This document shows positions 16,723-24,759 of a stretch of 34,437 nucleotides of DNA, piece by piece. Both the position numbers and the translations under genes were made by a program. The stretch's first letter is position 1, and each line of letters starts with the position of its first letter. Below the pieces are notes generated by a model, which was given only the letters and a program-made list of their open reading frames with translations, searched no databases and had not been told where the DNA came from. The stretch lies in the IMG/VR virus record IMGVR_UViG_3300045974_000093, positions 1 through 34,437 of that record; one strand, 5' to 3'. Origin of the DNA: a virus.

Positions 16723-17420
16723 CTCCCACGCGGAACTAATACGACTGGTTCAACATCATAAGTTGCGCCCGTTAATACTAACGTATCTTTGCCAGCATCA
16801 CGTCCCATTGTATCTTGTACGCGTCTTTCATACTTAGCAAAGTCTTCAGCATAATCTAAGCCTTTTGCAGCCTTCCATCGCCAAATAGTTCCTAAAATTA
16901 ATACTTGCTCATCTATTTTAGATGTATCAGCGTCATTAGTCCAAATCGAAGACGTGGAGCCTGTTGATGTATTAATCCAATTTGTAGAAATGTATTCAAA
17001 CGCGCATGTTTGGCCTGCCGGAGGAACAGGGTAAAAATTAATCTGATCGTTTATGATGCGAAAAGAGTTCCATGGGCCATTGATCTGCATGGCCTTGATT
17101 TGTTGCCAATCTTGCTCAGAACGTGGGCCATATACCGGACGTCTTAAGCTGCGATTCCATATCGTATTATTGACGATGTATTTAAAGCCGGGAGCGATTG
17201 TAGAAAGTGAGCCTTGAACTTGAGCCGCTACAGTAGTAAAAATGGTCTCTATCTGCAATGCTTGAAACGAGTAACGAGAAGCTAAATCCTGCCCCTCCTC
17301 GTTTGATATTTCAACTAACTGTTGAATCTGCTGATCGTTTGAAGATAATGCCGTATTAGGCGCTAAAATGCCGATTCTTTTACATGCGGATTGGATAATC
17401 TGTAAGCAAGTTAGCGCCAT
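16710..17420 (-). CDS. Tail tubular protein A-like / adaptor protein
   Basis: 236 aa. Assigned by position between the capsid module and the nozzle gene. N-terminus LTCLQIIQSACKRIGILAPNTALSSNDQQIQQLVEISNEEGQDLASRY. Confidence 0.5.
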   Translation of the reverse strand: MALTCLQIIQSACKRIGILAPNTALSSNDQQIQQLVEISNEEGQDLASRYSFQALQIETIFTTVAAQVQGSLSTIAPGFKYIVNNTIWNRSLRRPVYGPRSEQDWQQIKAMQINGPWNSFRIINDQINFYPVPPAGQTCAFEYISTNWINTSTGSTSSIWTNDADTSKIDEQVLILGTIWRWKAAKGLDYAEDFAKYERRVQDTMGRDAGKDTLVLTGATYDVEPVVLVPRGSWGT

Positions 17421-17428
17421 GTTATTTC

Positions 17429-18040
17429 CTAAATAGTTTCTTCAGTACGTGGACGACCCCGTTTTGGCTTGTCGTCGCTATCTTCCAATCGATCAAGTCG
17501 CGCTAAAACTTTATCAAGCTGCTCTTGCAATCGACGGTTTTCTTCTTTTGCATCTGCCAACTCTTTAACAACTGGCGACAAATCTTTTTTAGCTTGTATA
17601 TCAGCTTTAGCCATATCACGCAATACGCGGCCATCTAAGCCAATATCGCCAAGACTTGAATCTGGACATGCTGCCAAATCTTCAATAGTCGGAAAACGGC
17701 TTACAAGCGCTTCACGACGAGTTTTCAAGATACGTTCCCAAGTAATCAAAGGCGTACCATTACGCGGGATCTCTTTACCTAACCGATGTGCAGCAAGTCC
17801 TTCTTTGAACTCACTCACCCAACGATGGTCATAACGGCCTTCCCTTGCTTCGCGTCCTTTTCTTTCAATAAATTCATCAGCGAAAAACTCAATTGGATCA
17901 CCTTTGTGACCATGCGGAGTAATAAGAATAAACGTTACGATTTTCGGGACTTGATAACCTGCTTCTTTGCTTGCTTCTGCATCTTCACCGTGTTCTCGGT
18001 CTTGAAACGCAAAATAGGGAACTCTTGACAAATCACTCAT
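17429..18040 (-). CDS. Virion-module protein of unknown function with C-terminal coiled coil and AT-hook-like tail
   Basis: The ORF has a good context. Its C-terminus is ENRRLQEQLDKVLARLDRLEDSDDKPKRGRPRTEETI (RGRP core). Confidence 0.55.
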   Translation of the reverse strand: MSDLSRVPYFAFQDREHGEDAEASKEAGYQVPKIVTFILITPHGHKGDPIEFFADEFIERKGREAREGRYDHRWVSEFKEGLAAHRLGKEIPRNGTPLITWERILKTRREALVSRFPTIEDLAACPDSSLGDIGLDGRVLRDMAKADIQAKKDLSPVVKELADAKEENRRLQEQLDKVLARLDRLEDSDDKPKRGRPRTEETI

Positions 18041-18094
18041 TTATATCTCCGGTTAAAAGCGGTAGCGCTTTTTAATACTTTGACATTTAGCATT

Positions 18095-18126
18095 AAAAAA
18101 CGCCCTCCCCCGTAAAGAGGAAGGCG
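18095..18126 (-). terminator. Rho-independent terminator (minus strand) after gene 18133-18846
   Basis: Minus strand reads CGCCUUCCUC-UUUAC(G)-GGGGGAGGGCG followed by UUUUUU: a 10-bp stem with two G-U pairs. Confidence 0.65.
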
Positions 18127-18132
18127 CATCTA

Positions 18133-18846
18133 TTATACTACTTGACCTTGTGTAAATGGGTCATTAATAATTCCAGAACCATAACCAGTGTATGTACCTG
18201 TCAAGGTAATATTGCCAGTCGCAGTTGCGAGCTTATCAAATGTCCCAATTGCAGAACCCATGTAGATACGACGGCCATCTGGATCAAGACCAGCAACAAG
18301 TGTTGAAGCTGGAATGCCTGTTCCTGACAATGCCATACCCAAGAATGCGCCATCATAGCCGCCAATGACGTTTAGTACGGTGCTGCCATTGGTTGTCGTA
18401 GCTGCAAAGGTTTTTGTGCCTGTGGATGCGATGCGGTTGCGAACGTTTAACAATTGCTTACCATTCGCCAATACGCCAACGATGCCGTTTGCAGCTACTG
18501 CAATTGGCGTATCTGCTGCGACTGCCGCATTAGTTTTATAAACTGCGCGACCTTCTACTTGAACCCACCCATAAGTACCTGAAGCCATTGGCGCCATTGC
18601 TACACCGAAGCTATAGCCTTGACCAACTGCAGACAGCAACAACGTGCCCAGATAGACTTCATCCCAAATCACCAACGAGCCTTTGATAATAGCATCGTTA
18701 GATTTTACATAGATGAAAGTACCCAAGCCCCAAAACGGATCAACCGCTGTTACACGAGTGCCTAGAACGTGGCGCTGTGTTGTATCTGGCGCAAACCAAT
18801 CATTAAATGGTTGGGTGCCAGCAAAACCTGAAATTGCTGAAAACAT
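18133..18846 (-). CDS. Structural protein downstream of the major capsid gene (possible decoration or head-associated protein)
   Basis: 237 aa, beta-rich, Gly/Ala/Thr-rich. Bracketed by hairpins (18905-18934 upstream, terminator 18095-18126 downstream), which suggests high separate expression. Confidence 0.45.
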   Translation of the reverse strand: MFSAISGFAGTQPFNDWFAPDTTQRHVLGTRVTAVDPFWGLGTFIYVKSNDAIIKGSLVIWDEVYLGTLLLSAVGQGYSFGVAMAPMASGTYGWVQVEGRAVYKTNAAVAADTPIAVAANGIVGVLANGKQLLNVRNRIASTGTKTFAATTTNGSTVLNVIGGYDGAFLGMALSGTGIPASTLVAGLDPDGRRIYMGSAIGTFDKLATATGNITLTGTYTGYGSGIINDPFTQGQVV

Positions 18847-18904
18847 GTTTTACTCCTTTGCCCAAAGGGCGATAAATTATCTTCTCTTAAATACTTGATA
18901 AAAT

Positions 18905-18934
18905 AAGGCGCTTATTAACATTTCAAAGCGCCTT
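18905..18934 (-). terminator. Hairpin after the major capsid gene (weak or partial terminator)
   Basis: AAGGCGCT / AGCGCCTT 8-bp stem with a 14-nt loop, followed on the minus strand by UUAUUUUAU. Confidence 0.35.
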
Positions 18935-18943
18935 AATATTTCA

Positions 18944-19939
18944 TCACGCCTTAAGTACGCCCTGAAGTGAGCGATTTGCTAAAGCCAAATTACCTTGCCA
19001 GATGATAGTTTTGACCAGCGCGTCCTGATTGATACTTTCCACATCATCCAACATAGTGATATTAGCGTCACGATGAACGACCAAATCAAGATAGTTAGTG
19101 TTGAGAAAATACGCATGTTGCGATGGAATACCGCCTGAGCTATCGAAGAAGACATCAGCAGATTTATATTTCATCGACATCATACCAGCCTTGCCATCTT
19201 CATTACTTGTATAGCGTTTCAATGAAGTTTGAGACTGTTCGAAGAAAGTGAAATAATCATCAGACATGACGATCAAATCAGGCGTATCCATGCCACGCGT
19301 CAATTTAATCCACAATGGAAGCATTAAAGATTCGATTGTAGTAGCGCTTGGTGTAATCGCAGAACCACCTTGTAACGGAGCAGCTGCAGATTGAACAACG
19401 TTTTGCCAGAAAGCATAAGTCGAGCTATTGATACCGCCGACTGTACCTGTACCAGCATCAGCGACAAGAGCTTGCAAGCCGTTGATCTGATTAGCTGCTG
19501 TACCGTCAGAATACAAGTCTGCACTCAAGCCGTTAGAAAATGAATGTTGCGCATTTTTAATCTTTGCTTTCACAAAGTTAATGATGCGATTTTCACCGCT
19601 GTTTGTACGCATTTCCAAACCTGAGATTGCCAGATTTACAGCAACTTGACGCCAAGGATATTCAGCTGCAGACAATACGTCAACTGCATTAATATTCAAT
19701 ACGTCATAGCCGCTGTAACGTTGGTATGTCGAGTTAGATGCGTATTCGAGTGGCTGAGCGATACTAAGGCCACCATCTTCTAAACGTACTTTGCCACTTT
19801 CTGACAAACGACGATATAGCGCATTGTGTTTTGATACATTATCCGCCACATCTTTCGAGTGATTGCGAAATGTGGTTGCAACTAGTTCTGAGAATACGCC
19901 AAAGTTACCAGCGGCGTAGCCTTGTCCGGGAGATGCCAT
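18944..19939 (-). CDS. Major capsid protein
   Basis: 331 aa, immediately downstream of the scaffold-like gene and followed by a hairpin. Its size and position are typical of an HK97-fold podovirus coat protein. No motif-level proof. Confidence 0.75.
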   Translation of the reverse strand: MASPGQGYAAGNFGVFSELVATTFRNHSKDVADNVSKHNALYRRLSESGKVRLEDGGLSIAQPLEYASNSTYQRYSGYDVLNINAVDVLSAAEYPWRQVAVNLAISGLEMRTNSGENRIINFVKAKIKNAQHSFSNGLSADLYSDGTAANQINGLQALVADAGTGTVGGINSSTYAFWQNVVQSAAAPLQGGSAITPSATTIESLMLPLWIKLTRGMDTPDLIVMSDDYFTFFEQSQTSLKRYTSNEDGKAGMMSMKYKSADVFFDSSGGIPSQHAYFLNTNYLDLVVHRDANITMLDDVESINQDALVKTIIWQGNLALANRSLQGVLKA

Positions 19940-19958
19940 GTTAAACTCCTAAAATTTG

Positions 19959-20933
19959 TTAAGCGCCTTGTATTCTACGTAACGTAGCGCGGATTGTGTC
20001 GTCCATAGTGCCTATGGGCTGCGAACTTGGCAAAGCTGAGCGGGATCGAACGTTGACCGATGCCGCAGTTTTTGCCGCTTGCGCCTTCTTTGCAATCTCT
20101 GCTTTTGCTGCTGCCTGCTGTTCTGCGAGGACTAGAGCGCGAGTCTGTGGGTTTGCGTAGATGGCTTGCTCATAAGCATCTTGGAGAGTCTGAGCATGTC
20201 CGGCTTGTAGTAGCGCTGACATATGCCCACGAACATTTTCAAAATGTTTATGGTTTGGATCAGAAGAAAACTGCTCAATTTCGCTGTTTAACGATTGAGA
20301 AGCGCGCTGCTGTTCCGTTTGTTGCTGATTCTGTATATAACCCTGAAGTTGCTGCAATTGCGTTTGCAAATGAAGAACATTCGGATCTACTTGATTCATT
20401 TCTGGATTTTGTACCGCGCCCAAATCAATACCGTAGCTTTGGGCTAATTGTGCAAAATACGCTTGTTTTTCATGTGGCGCACCATAGCGAAGTTTATGGT
20501 CTGCGGCCATCAGTTCGGCAATAGCTTTGTCAGGCGTTACGTTTAGAGCTTGCAATGTCTGAGCGTATGGTGCGATCGCGGTTTCAATTGCTGCACCGAA
20601 TTGTGCTTTTTGCTTGTACTGATCAATACCTTTAAAAATGTCGCCTTCTCTGCGTTCGATTTCAGCTTGGACTTCAGGCGGCAAAGTATTAAACTTTTCA
20701 GCCGCTTCTTTTTTCCAGCTTGTAGGTGCTTTTTTTAAAGGTACTTCTGGCTCTGCTTGAATTTCTTCAGGCTTCGATTCTAAATTTGTCTCTACCTTAG
20801 TTTCTAAAGTAGTTTCTGGCGTTTCTTTCGTTATATTCCGTAAAGTATCGCGGATGGTGTCATCCATGCTTTTCGGTACATCTTCTATGATAGGTGCTTC
20901 AACTTCGAGAGTAGTCCCGTTGTCTAATTCCAT
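19959..20933 (-). CDS. Scaffolding protein
   Basis: 324 aa, highly helical, Glu/Gln/Ala-rich, with no Cys or Trp core. Located between the portal and capsid genes. Confidence 0.65.
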   Translation of the reverse strand: MELDNGTTLEVEAPIIEDVPKSMDDTIRDTLRNITKETPETTLETKVETNLESKPEEIQAEPEVPLKKAPTSWKKEAAEKFNTLPPEVQAEIERREGDIFKGIDQYKQKAQFGAAIETAIAPYAQTLQALNVTPDKAIAELMAADHKLRYGAPHEKQAYFAQLAQSYGIDLGAVQNPEMNQVDPNVLHLQTQLQQLQGYIQNQQQTEQQRASQSLNSEIEQFSSDPNHKHFENVRGHMSALLQAGHAQTLQDAYEQAIYANPQTRALVLAEQQAAAKAEIAKKAQAAKTAASVNVRSRSALPSSQPIGTMDDTIRATLRRIQGA

Positions 20934-21029
20934 TTTTTAAACTCCAGTCAATTAGCGGGACTTTCACCCGCTACCAGCGCCACAAGGCGTTAAGATTTAA
21001 TACTATTTTATACTAATTTTAAAAAAATG

Positions 21030-21248
21030 CTACTGTGTAAGTGCATTTTGCAACTGCGTAGCTGCTTGTGCTGCGGTATTACTCGATGTTAAATCCACCC
21101 AGCGTGACCGACCAGCATACGGGGCAATGACGCCAATCGCATAAACTGTAGTAATTGTTGCGCCCGGCTGGTAGGTTTGCAATTCAATCGTGCGGCCTGT
21201 TCCCGCTGGGTCTAATTGTGCCACTAAGGTTGCTTCTGTAAATGCCAT
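21030..21248 (-). CDS. Hypothetical small protein (72 aa) in the head module
   Basis: The ORF has GGAG context (aggagattatcATG). No motif recognised. Confidence 0.5.
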   Translation of the reverse strand: MAFTEATLVAQLDPAGTGRTIELQTYQPGATITTVYAIGVIAPYAGRSRWVDLTSSNTAAQAATQLQNALTQ

Positions 21249-21257
21249 GATAATCTC

Positions 21258-21644
21258 CTATTCTGTAGCTGCTAATGCTTCACGTTTTTTTGAATCTGGC
21301 AACTCTTGCCAAGCTGTACGAACTGCATGATCTAGCGATTTATCTTCAGCTTCCGCTTGATATGCCTTTTGCCTTTCTGACTCTTGGCGCTCGTTTGCCA
21401 TGCCTTCCCATTCACGACACCCTGACTGCTTTAAATCTTCTCGTCGCTCTGCTCGTGATGTAATCCATTTTCCCGTAGCTGGGCTTTCATACGCTGGAAT
21501 ATCTACGATTCCCATTGGCGCAGATAGTATCACTTTTTGCGACTTTTCACCGCAACATTCAGGTGTATCTAAATAATTTGCAATAGTACGAATATAATCA
21601 TGAATTTTCCCGCATTTATTGCAACGGCTCTCATAAATTGGCAT
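21258..21644 (-). CDS. Zinc-ribbon (FmdB-like CxxC...CC) protein
   Basis: MPIYESRCNKCGKIHDYIRTIANYLDTPECCGEKSQKVILSAP matches the FmdB-type zinc-ribbon pattern Y.C..CG...........C..CG....kv.s.p. TAATG-type overlap with the portal stop. Confidence 0.6.
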   Translation of the reverse strand: MPIYESRCNKCGKIHDYIRTIANYLDTPECCGEKSQKVILSAPMGIVDIPAYESPATGKWITSRAERREDLKQSGCREWEGMANERQESERQKAYQAEAEDKSLDHAVRTAWQELPDSKKREALAATE

Positions 21645-23851
21645 TATTCCCCCACTGATTGATTGGCTGCTGCGATTTGTCCAGCTTGCAAAGTAGTTGC
21701 TGCACTGATTTCTGCGACTTCTATCTTTGCTGCATTATTCATTTGTGCAATGAGTAAAGCCTGCTGATTTTCAATTGCTTTCATGCGCTCATCGCTTTCA
21801 ATTCGCATTTGTTCGAGGATAGACTCATTATGCATCTGTTGTTGTGCGCGTTGAGCTTCTAATGTGTTTTGATGTGCTATTTGTTGCGCTTGCATTTCTT
21901 GCTTGTGCTGTTCGACTTGCGCGGCTAATTGTGCGCTTTGCTGTTCAGCCTGCATATTCGCCTGCAACTCTCTTTGATGCTGCTGATCTGATAATTGCGC
22001 TTTCATTTGTTCGATCTGCATTTGAGCTTGCGCCTTCCCTGCATTAGGGTCTGGCGCTGGTTTAGGAGCTTGCATCTTTGCGAAAGCATCTTCTACTGCA
22101 CTTCCCATTTTTGCGCGCCTGCAAATAGTCAAAACAACTTCCTTCACCGCGTCGATTGGCAATGCGCCACGTTCTACAGCTGGAGCGATTCCGTTAATAA
22201 ACTGTGTGACGCCCGTAAGAAGCTGAGTCAATCCTTGCATGTCGCTATCTTGTTCTGCGCTTAATGTCGAATCCGTCTCAATGTCGATGCGGTATGTTCT
22301 AGCTGAGTCATCATGCATTTCCGCAATAACTTTTTCCCATGTTACTGGGTCTTGAGGCTGTGGCGGTTGTGGCGGAGGTTGACCGCTCATTTGTGCTTGT
22401 TGTGCTTGCTGCTGATACTGAAGCATCGCTTGCTTATTCTGTATATCAACTTGGGTTTGATGCGGCATTTGCACAAGCGTCATTTGTTCGAGCGTTTCAG
22501 GCTGGAATTTCTCGCTAATGATTTCCGCTTTTAAGCGAATCAAATCACGAATATACCGTTGAACTTCTTTTTGCATCTTTTGCAGTCGCTGAGTTCCCCA
22601 CTGCGTTTTAATGCGTTGCGCACCGAATGTCTCGTTAGGGTCACTAGCTGAGCGCATAATGTCCGATATACCAGTGATCTCATAGATGATCTGCTTAGTC
22701 TGGTCGCGCTGCGTATATAGCTCTTGCAGGACTCTTGCGCATGTTTCCATAGGCATGAACCAAATAGCTTTATCTAGGCCGCCACGCTCTAACAATGCCG
22801 TCACATTCTCCGCAGGGATTAACTCGTTATCATTGGCCTTAGATAGTTGCGATAATTCGCTAAGTGTAGAATCATAAATGCCGCGATTCTTCAACCCTTC
22901 AATGAGTTTATTGATGCGAATAGAAATTCGGTTCAATTCTGCTGCTTGTTGCTCGTATTGAGAGAATAAAGCAGCAGGGACTAGCGTATGATTGTTTTCA
23001 ATAGCATATAGAGGACGAGGAATAGGATAAAAGTCTTGAAGACCTAGAGGATCATCTTGTACCTTACACGGACTATCATAAGTCTTGCAAATCCAGACTA
23101 CTTTCTTTTTATCCTTGTCCCAAATTTCCCAAATTTCAGCAGTTTTGAATAAATCCGCGACTTCTTTTGAGTTTTTTACATCTTCATCGTCTGCTTGGTC
23201 TAACGGAATCTTATTTCCTACGTCTTCGCCAAACTTCTCGACCAATTCCTCACGTGCTAATTGATGTCTAAACGCTACCCAGCAAACCTCATTCCATGTT
23301 TTGCCAGATGAAATACGAAAATCATCATATTGAACGTTTTCACATAATACTTGTTCCCATTCAATTTCCTCGTAGGCTTCTGATTCTTGCAAATCATCGT
23401 CCGACGATGAATCTTCAGCGCCAATCTCACGCAAAGAAGGTACATAGCGAACACGCGATACTGTACGGCCTGCAAGAAGCATTGCTAACACATCAGATTT
23501 CAGGATATGGTCAAAATCATAGGTTTCTTGCGAAAACTGAAGCGCACGAGTAAGCACTTCTGATACCCGCATTCCTAGCGGGTCATCATCTTGGTATCTA
23601 CGCTTCACTTGTGGCTCAGGCAATGAGTTATAACACGCTTGGCGTAGCGTTTCAGTATTAGTCCAAAGGATATTGAACGAGTTAGCTTTAGGGTTTTCAG
23701 GTGTATATTGCCCGTAAATGTCTTTAGCCTTCTTGCGCCATGCAGATTCTCGCTTGTCAGCTAGTTTTAATTCGAGCTTCCACCGCTTCGTAATTGCTGA
23801 CGGTGATTCCCCGATGTCTTTCTCTGTTTCTAACTGAGTGTAGTCAGCCAT
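21644..23851 (-). CDS. Portal protein with long Gln/Ala-rich C-terminal extension
   Basis: 735 aa, downstream of TerL (two small ORFs intervene). The last ~130 aa are almost pure Q/A/E/M heptads. Confidence 0.85.
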   Translation of the reverse strand: MADYTQLETEKDIGESPSAITKRWKLELKLADKRESAWRKKAKDIYGQYTPENPKANSFNILWTNTETLRQACYNSLPEPQVKRRYQDDDPLGMRVSEVLTRALQFSQETYDFDHILKSDVLAMLLAGRTVSRVRYVPSLREIGAEDSSSDDDLQESEAYEEIEWEQVLCENVQYDDFRISSGKTWNEVCWVAFRHQLAREELVEKFGEDVGNKIPLDQADDEDVKNSKEVADLFKTAEIWEIWDKDKKKVVWICKTYDSPCKVQDDPLGLQDFYPIPRPLYAIENNHTLVPAALFSQYEQQAAELNRISIRINKLIEGLKNRGIYDSTLSELSQLSKANDNELIPAENVTALLERGGLDKAIWFMPMETCARVLQELYTQRDQTKQIIYEITGISDIMRSASDPNETFGAQRIKTQWGTQRLQKMQKEVQRYIRDLIRLKAEIISEKFQPETLEQMTLVQMPHQTQVDIQNKQAMLQYQQQAQQAQMSGQPPPQPPQPQDPVTWEKVIAEMHDDSARTYRIDIETDSTLSAEQDSDMQGLTQLLTGVTQFINGIAPAVERGALPIDAVKEVVLTICRRAKMGSAVEDAFAKMQAPKPAPDPNAGKAQAQMQIEQMKAQLSDQQHQRELQANMQAEQQSAQLAAQVEQHKQEMQAQQIAHQNTLEAQRAQQQMHNESILEQMRIESDERMKAIENQQALLIAQMNNAAKIEVAEISAATTLQAGQIAAANQSVGE

Positions 23852-23860
23852 GTTTTATCC

Positions 23861-24430
23861 TTAAGCCGATGTGACTGTTTCCCATGCCGCTGCGGTGCGA
23901 ACTCTTAGCTTATGTAGCGTCGAATCGTAATAAGTATCGCCTTCTTCAACGTTATCAACTGGTGCTGATGCAAGAGGAATGTATTTAAATTGGCCGCCTT
24001 TTTTCATCTTGAAGCGAATATTTGCAACCAAGAATCCGTTTGTACCAAAAATAATATCATTCCGAGCGCCTGACGAATCGGTACAAATAACTAAATTCCC
24101 GTTATTCCCCGATCCTGCAACGCATGAGCCAAAAAGATATGCATCATTCGGCCCCGTAATTGTGTACGACGAGTCAGCATAAGCCGAACTAGTGAATCCA
24201 GCATCAACAAAACCAGTTGTGTCGTTTGCGTTGTTGTTGGCATACGCGATCAAATCAGAACTTGCACTTGCCCCGTTGGACATGTTCTGAATTGCTATCT
24301 GCGTATATCCATTAACAGTATTAAGAAACGTCGAAAGAGGATTAGTCAAAGTAATCCCGTTTGTCCCTAGCAGTCTAATTGTCATTGAAGGCAGATTAGC
24401 TGCATTGAATGAAGGTGTGCGAATAGCCAT
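23861..24430 (-). CDS. Hypothetical beta-rich protein between terminase and portal (190 aa)
   Basis: Start taken at MAIRTPSF (24428-24430), just after the upstream stop. Asn/Ser/Gly/Thr-rich, with a fibre-like C-terminus EGDTYYDSTLHKLRVRTAAAWETV. Confidence 0.55.
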   Translation of the reverse strand: MAIRTPSFNAANLPSMTIRLLGTNGITLTNPLSTFLNTVNGYTQIAIQNMSNGASASSDLIAYANNNANDTTGFVDAGFTSSAYADSSYTITGPNDAYLFGSCVAGSGNNGNLVICTDSSGARNDIIFGTNGFLVANIRFKMKKGGQFKYIPLASAPVDNVEEGDTYYDSTLHKLRVRTAAAWETVTSA

Positions 24431-24431
24431 T

Positions 24432-24758
24432 TTACATTCCATCCCCGACCACAACACGCAAAGTTCCAGCAGCAGAGGCACCAATTAAACTAATCGTAGT
24501 TACCCCGCCCGGAATGCTAAATATCTCTTTACTGTTTGCAAACATGAAAACGCCATTGCTTATAGTAAGCCCAGAGGACGTACCAAACGACCATGCAACG
24601 TTAGCAGCGCCATCTACCGCGATTAATGCTGAGCAGCCCTCTGCTGGAATTGGCGGCAATGTTAATTGAGTTACCGCTGCTGTGATAGATGCGGCTGTTT
24701 GAGCAGTTGGCGTAGTACCTTGCGCGCCACGTGGCTGAAATGGGTAATTTTGTTGCAT
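24432..24758 (-). CDS. Hypothetical protein (108 aa)
   Basis: The ORF starts 1 nt after the TerL stop. Ala/Thr/Gly-rich. Confidence 0.5.
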   Translation of the reverse strand: MQQNYPFQPRGAQGTTPTAQTAASITAAVTQLTLPPIPAEGCSALIAVDGAANVAWSFGTSSGLTISNGVFMFANSKEIFSIPGGVTTISLIGASAAGTLRVVVGDGM

Positions 24759-24759
24759 G

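Noticed and set aside
7913-23553. Many 60-150-aa ORFs antisense to, or out of frame within, the large late genes (for example 7913-8257, 8858-9166, 10385-10651, 13543-13809, 17469-17834, 20060-20524, 21995-22264, 23296-23553)
   Set aside because: All lie inside long ORFs with clear structural-protein character on the minus strand. They lack RBSs and have skewed low-complexity composition typical of shadow ORFs.
23861-24484. Longer N-terminal extensions offered by the ORF track (23861-24484, and also 647, 5209, 7120, 27078, 28159, 29471 and 32663 starts)
   Set aside because: In each case an internal ATG has a better RBS and/or abuts or ATGA-overlaps the upstream stop, while the extension overlaps the neighbouring gene. 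For ninB the internal start also matches the lambda NinB N-terminus.
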